This document shows positions 9,418-19,260 of a stretch of DNA of 64,000 nt, piece by piece. Numbering within the stretch: the first letter of the stretch is position 1; each line of letters begins with the position of its first letter. The position numbers were made by a program, and so were the translations under genes. The notes below the pieces were generated by a model. The model worked only from the letters and a program-made list of their open reading frames with translations. It searched no databases and had not been told where the DNA came from. This stretch comes from an uncultured delta proteobacterium (GTDB lineage Bacteria > Desulfobacterota > Binatia > UBA9968): NCBI GenBank assembly GCA_963727625.1, contig CAVSHR010000011.1, positions 224,001-288,000 of the forward strand, read 5' to 3'.

Positions 9418-9496
9418 CACGATGGAAATCACGGAGTGCACAGAGTTTGTGGTCCCATAAACCAATCATCTCGGTGATCTCTGTGTGCTCAGTGGT
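9418..9496. repeat. Palindromic repeat downstream of the GxxExxY gene
   Basis: ATCACGGAGTGCACAGAG ... CTCGGTGATCTCTGTGTGCTCAGTGGT, the same family as 8916-8991. Confidence 0.8.
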
Positions 9497-9499
9497 AAA

Positions 9500-11089
9500 A
9501 TGAACCGAACTATGGACTTTCTTATTCACCACATGTTGTTAGCGAGCGCGGAACGCTATCCCGACAAGGAAGCACTGGTCGATGCGACCCAGCGGTTGAC
9601 TTACACCGAAGCGGCGAAGCGATGCACTGCGCTTGCTTCAGGGTTGCAACAGCTCGGCGTCAAACGCGGCGATCGGGTGGGCATATGGCTCGAGACATCG
9701 GTGCTCCAGGCGGTTTCCATTTTTGGCGCCTCCCAATCAGGCGGGGTGTTCGTGCCGATCAACACTCTGCTCTTTCCCGATCAGGCCGCGCACATTATGC
9801 GAGACTGCGGCACGGTAGGTCTGATCGCAACCAAAGATAAGATCTCGGCAGCGGTTGAAGTTTTTCAATCTCTACCAGCGCTTCAGTTTCTAGTTTCAGT
9901 GGATGGAAAGCCCGATTGCGACCTTAATCTCCCGGTCTATTCTTTGGCGGAATTTTCCGCTGCTGATGATCGATGTGGGGCGCGAGACCTGCGCACTGAA
10001 AAAGATTTGGCGGCGATCCTTTACACCTCCGGCTCGACCGGCAAGCCCAAGGGCGTAATGCTAAGCCATTCGCAAGTCATGGCCGGCAGTTCCATCGTAT
10101 CCGACTATTTGAATATCACTTCGAAAGATCGCATCGTCGGCGTGTTGCCGTTGAGCTTCGATGCCGGCCTTAACCAGCTGATGACGGTGATACAGCAAGG
10201 CGCAACCTACGCTCCGATGACGTTCACCTTTGCCCGCGAAATCGTGAAGACGCTCGAACGGGAACGGATCACCGGAATGGCCGGCGTCCCGACGCTCTGG
10301 AGTCTCATGGCGCAGCCGAGCTCGACTCTGGAGAAATCAACTCTTCCGCATTTGCGATACATTACCAACACCGGTGGACGCATGCCCCAAACCGTATTGA
10401 GCGCTTTGCGCCAGGCTCTTAGCGCAACACGTATTTTCCTTATGTACGGATTGACCGAAGCTTTTCGTTCGACCTATCTGCCGCCCGAAGAGCTCGACCG
10501 GCGCCCGGACTCCATGGGAAAAGCGATTCCCAATACGGAAATTCTCGTCGTCAACGAAAAAGGCGAGCGCTGCGCGCCGGGAGAAGTCGGGGAGCTGGTT
10601 CACCGCGGCCCGACGGTGTCGATGGGCTATTGGGGCCAGCCGGAGATCACGGCGAAGGTTCTCCGGCCGCATCCGTTCAATCCTCCTGAGTTAGGGGACA
10701 GTGAAAAAGCTTGCTACTCGGGTGATCTGGTCAAGATGGACGAGGAAGGATTTCTCTATTTCATAGGCAGGCGCGATAACATGATCAAGTGCTCCGGGTA
10801 TCGCGTGAGTCCAACCGAAGTCGAAGAGGTGCTTTTTCAAAGCGGCAAGGTGCGTGAGGTCGGCGTGATCGGTATCCCGGATCCTGTGTTAGGGCAAGCG
10901 ATTAAAGCCTACGTCGTCCCACGTGACGGCGAAGCCATCCACTCGGAAGCGCTGCAGGCTTTTTGTGGTGAACGTATGCCACGGTACATGGTACCGAAAC
11001 TTGTGGAAATAATGGTTTCATTGCCGAAGACAGCGAGCGGCAAAGTTGATTATCCGGCGCTACGAAGAAAAGACCAAGCTTTACCTTAA
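9500..11089 (+). CDS. AMP-forming acyl/aminoacyl ligase, exosortase A system-associated (TIGR03098-like)
   Basis: AILYTSGSTGKPKGV, LPLSFDAGLNQL, ITNTGG, MYGLTEAFRSTYLPP, GELVHRGP.V..GYW, GYRVSPTEVEE. Start at 9500 or 9512. Confidence 0.88.
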   Translation: MNRTMDFLIHHMLLASAERYPDKEALVDATQRLTYTEAAKRCTALASGLQQLGVKRGDRVGIWLETSVLQAVSIFGASQSGGVFVPINTLLFPDQAAHIMRDCGTVGLIATKDKISAAVEVFQSLPALQFLVSVDGKPDCDLNLPVYSLAEFSAADDRCGARDLRTEKDLAAILYTSGSTGKPKGVMLSHSQVMAGSSIVSDYLNITSKDRIVGVLPLSFDAGLNQLMTVIQQGATYAPMTFTFAREIVKTLERERITGMAGVPTLWSLMAQPSSTLEKSTLPHLRYITNTGGRMPQTVLSALRQALSATRIFLMYGLTEAFRSTYLPPEELDRRPDSMGKAIPNTEILVVNEKGERCAPGEVGELVHRGPTVSMGYWGQPEITAKVLRPHPFNPPELGDSEKACYSGDLVKMDEEGFLYFIGRRDNMIKCSGYRVSPTEVEEVLFQSGKVREVGVIGIPDPVLGQAIKAYVVPRDGEAIHSEALQAFCGERMPRYMVPKLVEIMVSLPKTASGKVDYPALRRKDQALP

Positions 11090-11625
11090 CGTTGCATAAA
11101 TTTCGGGTTTTGACAGTTCAAGCTGCGTAACCCAGAGCGCCGAGATAATGCAACAACGTGGCTCTGACGGTATCATTGAGACCGAGGGTTAAAGTAAGTC
11201 GACCTTGAGGCCAGCTGAATCTTCCCGCTCTCTGAATGAAGTGACGACGCAAAGTATTGAGTTCTTGGAAGACCCAAAGAGGGACGCGCGTTTCGGTGGT
11301 ATGACGCTGGGGTGGATCGGCCACCATCTGAAGCTCACGGGCCAGATTATGGGCCAGAATGGCGCAGAGGAGGTAAGTCTGATTGCCAGCCAGGGGGGGT
11401 GCGCACGGGGATGTAATCCATCTGGCACTGGCTCTTGAGCTCGCCGAAGAGGTTCTCCTGAGCGCCGCGACCGTGGTGAAAGGCCACGACTTTGTTCATC
11501 CGAATGTGTTTGTTAGTCAGGACCACCCTGAAGTCGTAGCCCCACTGATGAGGGATAAACAGATCGCGCTGTATAGGTTGCTTTTGCTGTTGTTGGACCT
11601 TCTGGCGCAGGAAAATAAAGCGCTT
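11084..11625 (-). mobile_element. IS1380-family transposase 3' remnant with its probable right terminal repeat
   Basis: On the - strand: ...VVLTNK..FHHGRGAQENLFGELK..., a frameshift in the G7 run at 11393-11399, then NQTYLLCAILAHNL..LRRHFIQRAGR..PQGRLTLTL..GYAA* (stop at 11118). End-like sequence CCTTAACGTTGCATAAA at 11084-11100. The 5' part is missing. Confidence 0.8.
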
Positions 11626-11632
11626 AAGGGAC

Positions 11633-12439
11633 GTGACGGTGAATAGACTCGCCAAAGTAATCCTGCACCCGTCCGAGTTACCTGCGAGCATCAGATGGCG
11701 CACTGCAACCGTGTGCGACTCCGTTGAGAAAAAGTATCAGCGGCTCTGGCGAAAAATCTATCGTGTTTCGCACAGACTCCCCTCAGTCGAGTTGGACGAA
11801 CTTGCGCAACCTCTAAACGAACCTCTCAATGTGATTTTAGACCACGCCTGCATGCCGCCCTATGACGGGCCTAAGACTCATGACGATATGACAGCCATGA
11901 TGCGGCTGATAAAACGTAACAATCCGAAAATCGTATTAGAGCTAGGAACGGCATACGGCAACACCGTGGCGAACGTCTGCCAAAATTCAAATGCCGCGGT
12001 CATTACAATGAACGCGTTGCCGGAGCAGATTACTGGCCGAGCGATAACCTACGCATTAAACAAGGACGAGATCGGCCGCGTCTATCGAAAGTATGGCTTT
12101 CAGGATCGAGTGACCCAGATATATGAGAATACATTGAATTTTGACCATAAACGGTACTTTAAGACGCCGTGTGTTGACTTCGCCATTATTGATGCCTGTC
12201 ACGATAGAGCGTTTGTGATAATGGATTTTAAGAAAATAATTCCGATGTTAAATGAAACGGCGACAGTCCTGTTTCATGATACGCATCCGAGCATGGAAAA
12301 ACACCTGGCAGGCAGCTATATGGCCTGCATTAAACTAAGACGAGAAGGATTCGATATTAAGCATATCAAAAATACTTGGTGGGCAATATGGCAGAAACCA
12401 GCTAATGCGTCATCGCGTGTAAATGTGTATGTCGGTTGA
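11633..12439 (+). CDS. Class I SAM-dependent methyltransferase (Methyltransf_24-like, probable sugar O-methyltransferase)
   Basis: VLELGTAYG, DFAIIDACHD, VLFHDT. Confidence 0.8.
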   Translation: MTVNRLAKVILHPSELPASIRWRTATVCDSVEKKYQRLWRKIYRVSHRLPSVELDELAQPLNEPLNVILDHACMPPYDGPKTHDDMTAMMRLIKRNNPKIVLELGTAYGNTVANVCQNSNAAVITMNALPEQITGRAITYALNKDEIGRVYRKYGFQDRVTQIYENTLNFDHKRYFKTPCVDFAIIDACHDRAFVIMDFKKIIPMLNETATVLFHDTHPSMEKHLAGSYMACIKLRREGFDIKHIKNTWWAIWQKPANASSRVNVYVG

Positions 12440-12658
12440 GCGGGTCAGGGCGGCCTTTGTCTAGGGGATCTACTGCTTTTAGGATAGCATCACGCACAGA
12501 GCCATTATGACGTCGATCAGGCTCACAGAAATTAGAGTTTTGTCGGGCGCTGTGGGTTCGAATCAGTTGATAGATTAGAGCCGCAAGCACTCCTCTCGTT
12601 GGTTGCTTATGATCTTTCTCAATGCGATTACAGTGTTTTCTGCGGAAGGAACACATTT

Positions 12659-13621
12659 ATGAAAAGAATTCTTGTAACAGGGGCTGGAGGATTTATCGGG
12701 CGCCATCTCATATCATTTCTTAAACGTTATGGCTATTGGATCCGAGGTGTGGATATTAAGGAACCTGAATATGGGGATACTGAAGCCGACGAGTTTCTGA
12801 AACTTGACCTTCGGCGTTGGGAGAATTGCCTACAAGCGACCCATGGTGTGGAGGCAGTCTACGCACTTGCTGCAGATATGGGGGGGATGGGCTTTATATC
12901 GTCTCATCACGCGCAGATACTGCACAATAATTCTTTAATCAACATTCATACGCTAGACGCGGCGCGCACAAACGGAGTCAAGAGGTATCTGTATACTTCG
13001 TCGGCTTGTATTTATCCGGAATCCAAACAGATGAATGCTAACGTAACTCCATTGAAAGAAGAGGATGCGTATCCGGCGGAACCCCAGGACGCGTATGGGT
13101 GGGAAAAGCTGATTACCGAGAGACTTTGTACACATTATCGTGAAGATTACGGTATCGAGACTCGCATTGTTAGGTTCCATAATATCTTCGGGCCGCTAGG
13201 CACGTGGGATGGCGGACGAGAAAAGGCTCCTGCTGCTATGTGTCGTAAAGTGGCTCTCGCAAAGATAACTGGCAACCCTGAAATAGAGATATGGGGCGAC
13301 GGGGAGCAGACGCGCTCTTTTTGCTACATCGATGATTGCGTGAAAGGCATCCACAAGCTCATGAAGTCCGATTATCCGCAGCCGCTTAATTTAGGGCAGG
13401 ATCGATTGATTTCAATCAATGAACTCGCCGATATGATTGCTGATACCGTTGGGGTTCGTATTGTTAAGAAACACGTGCCCGGCCCCCAAGGGGTTCGCGG
13501 CCGTAATTCTGATAACACTCGTTTGAGAGAAGTGCTCGCATGGCAACCGGAAATTTCTCTTGAGGAAGGATTGTCCCGTACCTATGCTTGGATTGAAGAA
13601 CAAGTGCGCAACAAATTGTAG
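12659..13621 (+). CDS. NAD-dependent epimerase, GDP-mannose 3,5-epimerase (GME)-like
   Basis: GAGGFIG, AADMGGMGFI, SSACIYP, PQDAYGWEK, GGREKAPAAMCRK, GPQGVRGRNSDN. Confidence 0.85.
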   Translation: MKRILVTGAGGFIGRHLISFLKRYGYWIRGVDIKEPEYGDTEADEFLKLDLRRWENCLQATHGVEAVYALAADMGGMGFISSHHAQILHNNSLINIHTLDAARTNGVKRYLYTSSACIYPESKQMNANVTPLKEEDAYPAEPQDAYGWEKLITERLCTHYREDYGIETRIVRFHNIFGPLGTWDGGREKAPAAMCRKVALAKITGNPEIEIWGDGEQTRSFCYIDDCVKGIHKLMKSDYPQPLNLGQDRLISINELADMIADTVGVRIVKKHVPGPQGVRGRNSDNTRLREVLAWQPEISLEEGLSRTYAWIEEQVRNKL

Positions 13622-13680
13622 CATGACGGGTTGTCTCGACGGTTTGGAACTATAAAGGTAAAAGGAGAGGCCGTTCTCTC

Positions 13681-14631
13681 ATGTTGACCCTCTTTTCGAT
13701 GCCCAAGCCCTTCAGAGGACACATTGGCGTCATCCAGCGAAATGCGGTTGCTAGTTGGGTTAAGCTAGGACCTACCTGCGAGGTCATTCTGTTTGGCGAC
13801 GAGCAAGGAACGGCGGAGACGGCGACGGAGTTTGGTGTCCGCTATATTCCCGAAGTGCTCCGGAACGAGCACGGGACACCGTTGTTAAACGACGTGTTTG
13901 ACAAGGCCGAACAACGTGGAACGTATGATCTTCTCTGTTACGTTAACGGGGATATCATTCTCGGAGCTGATTTTATCCGGGCCGTAGAAGACGCGCGTGC
14001 TTGGAGTGATAGATTTCTAATGGTTGGGGAGTGTTGGGATGTGAGAATCGACGACAGTCTTCCTCTTGCGACCGAGGTTTGGGAAAACAGATTAGCAAAA
14101 ATAACAGACCAGACCGGCAGATCTCGTGGGCCCTGGTATATCGACTATTTTGTGTTTACCCGTGGGCTTTACAAAGCAATTCCGACTTTTGCCGTTGGGC
14201 GTGCTGGATTCGATAATTGGCTGGTCTGGAAAGCGAGATCCGCAGGGGCCGCCGTGATAGATGCCACGCGAGTCGTCAAAGCTGTCCATCAAAATCACGA
14301 TTATTCTCATGTCCCCGGCGGAAGAGATTGGTCCTATTTGGGACCAGAAGCAAAAACGAATAAAGAGCTTGCCGGAGGACGTCGACATCTTTACATGATC
14401 CTCGATGCGAGCCATTGCCTGGGAAACAACGGAATCAGATGTAACCTTGGCAGCTTGTTTCGCATTAAGTCCAGGTGGCAAATCGGCAAAGCGTGGTTTG
14501 TCACGATCGCGAGACGTGTGGGCTGGCGGATTGTCGAGTGGACGCGTCCGGTTAGGCATTCATTAGGCCTACGAAAGACGACGTTAAGCCATTTGAAGGT
14601 ATTATGGAGTTCAAGGAAAAGCGGCCGCTAA
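13681..14631 (+). CDS. Putative GT-A-fold glycosyltransferase (conserved hypothetical)
   Basis: PKPF.GHI..IQRNA..SW, YVNGDIIL, IDYFVF, GRAGFDNW, HQNHDYSH. Confidence 0.65.
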   Translation: MLTLFSMPKPFRGHIGVIQRNAVASWVKLGPTCEVILFGDEQGTAETATEFGVRYIPEVLRNEHGTPLLNDVFDKAEQRGTYDLLCYVNGDIILGADFIRAVEDARAWSDRFLMVGECWDVRIDDSLPLATEVWENRLAKITDQTGRSRGPWYIDYFVFTRGLYKAIPTFAVGRAGFDNWLVWKARSAGAAVIDATRVVKAVHQNHDYSHVPGGRDWSYLGPEAKTNKELAGGRRHLYMILDASHCLGNNGIRCNLGSLFRIKSRWQIGKAWFVTIARRVGWRIVEWTRPVRHSLGLRKTTLSHLKVLWSSRKSGR

Positions 14632-14742
14632 TTATGCTAGGTTTGCTTTTGTCGTCCAGGCTGTCCAGAGAATCTCCATCGAGTCCGCATTGATTAAGTG
14701 GTCAGTATTCTTCACGAAATCGCGCTGACATAAATCTATCGT

Positions 14743-16311
14743 ATGAGAGACCGAAAGCTCATAATTCTTGCTTTTGATGGCGCCGATAGCGGCTTAGCTC
14801 AAAAATGGAGCGGAGAGGGTCAACTGCCGGTTTTGGCCAAGCTTTTTAAGACCGGAGTTGTCGCGCCCATCGCCACGCCGCCGGCGGTTTTGGAAGGTGC
14901 AGTATGGCCGACTTTTTACTCCGGAGCGACCGCTGCCACTCACGGAATGTATGCCTATCTGCAGATCGCTCCGGGCACGTACGATACTCAACTTGGGCTG
15001 CGCGCCGATCGGTTGCGGGTTCCACCCTTTTGGGAACATCTAAGTCGGGCAGGCAAGAGGGTCGCGGTCGTTGATGCGCCTCTCACGAAGCCGTCTAGGC
15101 GCTTGAACGGGATTCAAATAGTTAATTGGGGAGCTCATGATGCCGAGTGGTCGTGGAAACAGTCTTCCTGGCCTAGCCGATTGATGGGAGATGTTTTAGA
15201 GCGGTTCGGGCAACATCCGGCTCCGAAAAGTTGTAACACGACATATCCAAATCGAAGCCTTGAAGATTTCGAAGACCTGAGACGACGATTAATCGATGGC
15301 GTCAAAGCGAAAGCGCGCCTTCTGAAATACTGCCTGGAGTTAGAAAATTGGGATTTCTTTTTTGGTGTGTTCTCTGAGTCTCACTGCATGGGGCATCAGT
15401 TCTGGCATTTCATGGATCCCAACCATCCGCGCCATGATCCCGAGGCGCCTTTACTGCTGCGCTCGGCCATACGCGATGTGTACGCCGCAATCGATAGCGA
15501 GATTGGAGCCATCTTGGAGAGAGTGGCCTCGGAGACCGATGTGCTGATTCTATTGAGTCATGGCATGGGGCCCTACTATCATGGGTCGCATCTGTTGGAG
15601 GAGATCCTCGAGCGTCTGGGTGTCAATAGTGCGAAGGGCAGCGTCCCATTTACAGCAAACAAGTCGGTTGATAACGGTGCAAGTGAGGAATGGATTTGGC
15701 GCGCGCGGCATTTGCTGCCGGACAAATTGCGCCAAAGGGTCAAAACACGCGTGCCGAGAAACCTTATGGACTCCCTCTGGGCCTGGTCTCATCCGGAGCC
15801 CAACCCCTGGCCGCGAATGCGGGCTTTCGTTGTTCCGGCCAGCAACATGAGCGGAGCGATTCGCATCAACCTCAAAGGCCGGGAGCCGAACGGACTCGTT
15901 GAACCAGGAAGCGAGTATCAAAACCTGTGCGCGGAGCTAAAACAAGCCCTTACGGATTTAAAGAACCCTGACACCGGCAAAACCGCTGTCCAGTGGGTTG
16001 CGCGGTCGGACGAGTTTTTTTCAGGCCCGCGTTTGAGCGAGTTGCCGGATCTGTTCGTCGAATGGGATCACAGCGCTCCGATTACCACGCTAACATCTCC
16101 CAAGGTTGGGATTGTGCATGAGGTTTCCAAAGGACAGCGTTCCGGAAGCCATTGGCCCGGCGGGTTATTAATTGGTTGCGGTCCGGGATTTGTCTCGGGA
16201 CTCATCGCTGAAAGATGTCAAACATCAGATATCGCTCCGACGATACTTGATTACTTTGGCGTGCCGCCTCCACAATCATATGAGGGGCGCTCGTTGCTTC
16301 CGTTTCTGTGA
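14743..16311 (+). CDS. Alkaline phosphatase superfamily / type I phosphodiesterase-like protein (COG3379-like)
   Basis: LAFDGAD, WPTFYSG..HG, SHCMGHQFWH, LSHGMG, RINLKGREPNG, SGSH, DIAPTIL. Confidence 0.85.
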   Translation: MRDRKLIILAFDGADSGLAQKWSGEGQLPVLAKLFKTGVVAPIATPPAVLEGAVWPTFYSGATAATHGMYAYLQIAPGTYDTQLGLRADRLRVPPFWEHLSRAGKRVAVVDAPLTKPSRRLNGIQIVNWGAHDAEWSWKQSSWPSRLMGDVLERFGQHPAPKSCNTTYPNRSLEDFEDLRRRLIDGVKAKARLLKYCLELENWDFFFGVFSESHCMGHQFWHFMDPNHPRHDPEAPLLLRSAIRDVYAAIDSEIGAILERVASETDVLILLSHGMGPYYHGSHLLEEILERLGVNSAKGSVPFTANKSVDNGASEEWIWRARHLLPDKLRQRVKTRVPRNLMDSLWAWSHPEPNPWPRMRAFVVPASNMSGAIRINLKGREPNGLVEPGSEYQNLCAELKQALTDLKNPDTGKTAVQWVARSDEFFSGPRLSELPDLFVEWDHSAPITTLTSPKVGIVHEVSKGQRSGSHWPGGLLIGCGPGFVSGLIAERCQTSDIAPTILDYFGVPPPQSYEGRSLLPFL

Positions 16312-16549
16312 CAAGAGGGGTAGCTTGAAGAAATAGAAAAGTTTTGCTCGAGCGCCAGAAAATTGCGTTTAACCCCTTGCAACGGTCCTAACCCTTCCGC
16401 GCCAGATCGGTGTTTATCACGTCGTGGAACAATTTTCGCGAGGGGACGAAGTTGGGGCATTGACATCCTTGACGATCTACCGGCTATGCTGAGGCCCTGG
16501 ACACGTTCCCAAACTTGTCCAGCAACCTACTGGAATTTTCTCATCCCGT

Positions 16550-17509
16550 ATGTCTACGTTAATCAGCGTCGTCATTTGCACCTACAATCGGGCCGAAATA
16601 TTGAGAAGATGTTTAGCTGTGCTTGAAACGCTGGAAGTTCCGCCCAGTCTAGATTGGGAGTTGCTCGTCATTGATAACAACTCGACTGATCACACTAGCG
16701 AAGTCGTTGCTGAATACATCGAAAAGAAAAGTCTTCCAATACGATGCTTCTTCGAAGGACGCCAGGGAAAGGCCTTTGCGCTGAATACTGGAATCGACAA
16801 TTCAACAGGAGAAATCCTCGCTTTTGTGGATGACGACTGTCTCGTGGATAAGCACTGGCTGACGTGCGTCGTCACGGGTTTCGAATCCAATCCCGAAGCG
16901 ATCGGATTAGGCGGTAAGGTCGTCGCTCTGTGGGATTCGGAACAACCCCGATGGCTGAACATAGAAGCAATGCCGGGGCCTATTGTTAGATTTGATCCCG
17001 GCGACAAATTTCCGGCCGATGGTACTATTCCAATCGGCGCCAATATGGCGTTTCGAAAAAGAGCCTTTGAGAAGTACGGCAATTTTCGTACCGAAATGGG
17101 ACCGGCGGGCGACGCCCCTGGGGGAGCGGAAGACACCGAGTATGGGCGAAGGCTTTTACTAAGGGGGGAAAAATTGCGGTATGCGCCCGACGCCATAGTA
17201 TTCCACCCGGTCGATCCGATAAGGCTTACAAAGAAATATTTTCAACGTTGGTACTTTTATTACGGGAAAGCCCTTATGAAAGAGCATGGCTACCCTGTAA
17301 ACGCGGTCACGTATTGGGGCATTCCACGTTATCTCTTTCGCGGCCTTGCGGTTAATTTCTTAAAGTGGCTGTGTGCTGCCAATCCCGACAAACGATTTTC
17401 TCGCAAATTAGAATTATTTCTAATCGCCGGTGCATTTGCCGCTTGTTTAGGTGGCCACCCCAAACCATCTGACTCTATTGAAGCATCGCCGAAAAAAGTA
17501 CGCAGATGA
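16550..17509 (+). CDS. GT2 glycosyltransferase
   Basis: SVVICTYNR, VIDNNSTD, FVDDD, GANMAFR, EDTE. Confidence 0.92.
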   Translation: MSTLISVVICTYNRAEILRRCLAVLETLEVPPSLDWELLVIDNNSTDHTSEVVAEYIEKKSLPIRCFFEGRQGKAFALNTGIDNSTGEILAFVDDDCLVDKHWLTCVVTGFESNPEAIGLGGKVVALWDSEQPRWLNIEAMPGPIVRFDPGDKFPADGTIPIGANMAFRKRAFEKYGNFRTEMGPAGDAPGGAEDTEYGRRLLLRGEKLRYAPDAIVFHPVDPIRLTKKYFQRWYFYYGKALMKEHGYPVNAVTYWGIPRYLFRGLAVNFLKWLCAANPDKRFSRKLELFLIAGAFAACLGGHPKPSDSIEASPKKVRR

Positions 17510-17521
17510 TTAGCTCCCCGG

Positions 17522-18085
17522 CTGAGGACCCCGGGCGCAAGCCCGGGGGTGAAAGCCTCAGAAAGGTATGGTGTTTTTAGCGCGGAGTGTCGTTAAGATG
17601 AAGGGATGAAGATCCGATTTAGTGCCCACGGTGCATATCATCACCAATATCACATTGTATGGATTCCGAAGTATCGGAAGAGAGTTTTGAAGGGAGAATT
17701 ACAGTCGTTTTTGGAGAAACGGCTGTTCGAGGTTCAAGGATATCACCCCGAGATCGAATCGAGCAGTTCGATATTCAAGTAGACCATGTGCATCTGGTGA
17801 GCGTAATACCGCCGAAATATTCGGTATCGTCAGTAGTCGGTAAGGATGAAGGCAAACACAAGTCGTCGAATCCGAATCAAGTTTCCGTGGATCAAGAAAG
17901 TGTATTGGGATAATGAATTTTGGTCACCGGGTTTTTTCTCATCGACAGTGCGGATCGACGAAGAGATCGTCAAGAGGTACGTCGAATTTCAGGAGAAAAT
18001 AGATACTGGTAAGATGCAGTTGGATTTCGGGTTTTGATCCGAATGTATTTCAAGTGCCACTGGCGTAAGCCCGTGGGTATCTATT
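17522..18085 (+). mobile_element. IS200/IS605-family element (tnpA only) with subterminal hairpins
   Basis: Left hairpin ACCCCGGGC-GCAA-GCCCGGGGGT (17528-17550) and right hairpin GCCACTGGC-GTAA-GCCCGTGG (about 18056-18076) flank a Y1 transposase. Confidence 0.85.
17606..18037 (+). pseudogene. tnpA: IS200 Y1 HUH transposase with two frameshifts (about 17758 and 17845)
   Basis: YHIVWIPKYRK, DHVHL (HUH), PPKYSVS..VG, FWSPGFFSSTV, catalytic Tyr in KRYVEFQ. Confidence 0.88.
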
Positions 18086-18117
18086 AAAACATTTGTTTTC
18101 ATCTGCTGGAATTTCAC

Positions 18118-19260
18118 ATGAATATTTTGTTCGTTGTGCCCTGGGACCAGGATACGGGAGGAGTCGCTTCTGTCGTCGGTAACCTAGGAAGATATTTGCA
18201 AGGCCGGCGGCATAGAATTGTCTATTTATTTCCCACCCAGTCCCGTTTTGTTCATTACAAGAAATCAAAATGGGGCTTTGATGGCGTCTATATGAAGTTG
18301 AGAGTGCCTTTTGTCGAAGGCAAGCCGATACAAAGTCTGTTGGGCTTTCTGTTGTTTTTACCCCTCACAATCTTCCGTCTTACCCGTTTAATCCAAAGAT
18401 TGAAGATCAATGTAGTAAACATCCATTATCCCGGGGATGCTTTTCTATATTTCGTGTTGTTTCGCTACCTTTGCCGAGTCAAGATTATTGTGTCGGTTCA
18501 TGGCGCGGATCTATTTCCAGGTGGGAAGCCTCGGCCAAGATATTCATGGGCACTGCGGGTGCTATTGCATACGTCTAATGCGGTAATTGCGCCGTCTCAG
18601 GCTTTTCTGCGCGATGTCGTTGCAATATTGCCAGGACTTGGCGGAAAAGCTCGGTACATTTATAACGGAATTAGTCTAGCGGAATTCAGTAAGTATCAGG
18701 AGTGCGGCCGTGATGGATTAAGACAAAAATATATCCTATGTATCGCGGCGCACAACGAAAAGAAAGGAGTGGATGTTCTTATTAGAGCATTTGCGCTCCT
18801 AAGAAATGAGGGTGCTGCCTTGGCGCTCAAACTGGTTGGTGATGGGGAGTTGACCGGGGAATTACAGGCTCTCGCGGGATGTTTGCAGATCGGTGATCAG
18901 GTTGAGTTCTTGGGCGAAAGGAATCGATCCGATGTGATCAAACTTCTCAAGGACTGTGAAGTGTTTGTTTTGCCCTCTCGATCGGAGCCCTTCGGTATCG
19001 TTGTAGTTGAAGCGATGGCTTGCAAGAAGCCGGTCGTCGCCTCTGCGGTCGGCGGTATTCCGGAGATTATCCGCGACGGCATTGATGGGCTTTTAGTTGA
19101 GCCGGACAATCCAACGGGTCTTGCCCAGGCTTTGACGAGTCTACTTGAAAACAGTGAATTTCGTCAGGTCATAGCGGAAAGCGGCTACAACACCGCGCGA
19201 AACCGCTTTAGCTCTGAGATGATGGGGTCAGCATATGAGCAAATGGTTGCCAGTCTCTAG
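18118..19260 (+). CDS. GT4 glycosyltransferase
   Basis: GGVASVV, SVHGAD, KKGVD, EPFGIVVVEAMACKKPVV. Confidence 0.92.
   Translation: MNILFVVPWDQDTGGVASVVGNLGRYLQGRRHRIVYLFPTQSRFVHYKKSKWGFDGVYMKLRVPFVEGKPIQSLLGFLLFLPLTIFRLTRLIQRLKINVVNIHYPGDAFLYFVLFRYLCRVKIIVSVHGADLFPGGKPRPRYSWALRVLLHTSNAVIAPSQAFLRDVVAILPGLGGKARYIYNGISLAEFSKYQECGRDGLRQKYILCIAAHNEKKGVDVLIRAFALLRNEGAALALKLVGDGELTGELQALAGCLQIGDQVEFLGERNRSDVIKLLKDCEVFVLPSRSEPFGIVVVEAMACKKPVVASAVGGIPEIIRDGIDGLLVEPDNPTGLAQALTSLLENSEFRQVIAESGYNTARNRFSSEMMGSAYEQMVASL

Noticed and set aside
7705-9496. CRISPR array or integron attC cassettes
   Set aside because: The repeats are irregular palindromes without constant repeat-spacer periodicity or attC core sites, and no cas or intI gene is present.
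11613-11629. Second IS1380 terminal repeat (reverse complement CCTTAAGCGC...)
   Set aside because: Only 6 bp match the other end and there is no target-site duplication; it could be chance.
16460-16490. Sigma-70 promoter TTGACA...TATGCT before the GT2 at 16550
   Set aside because: The spacer is about 19 nt and the -10 box is imperfect; support is too weak.
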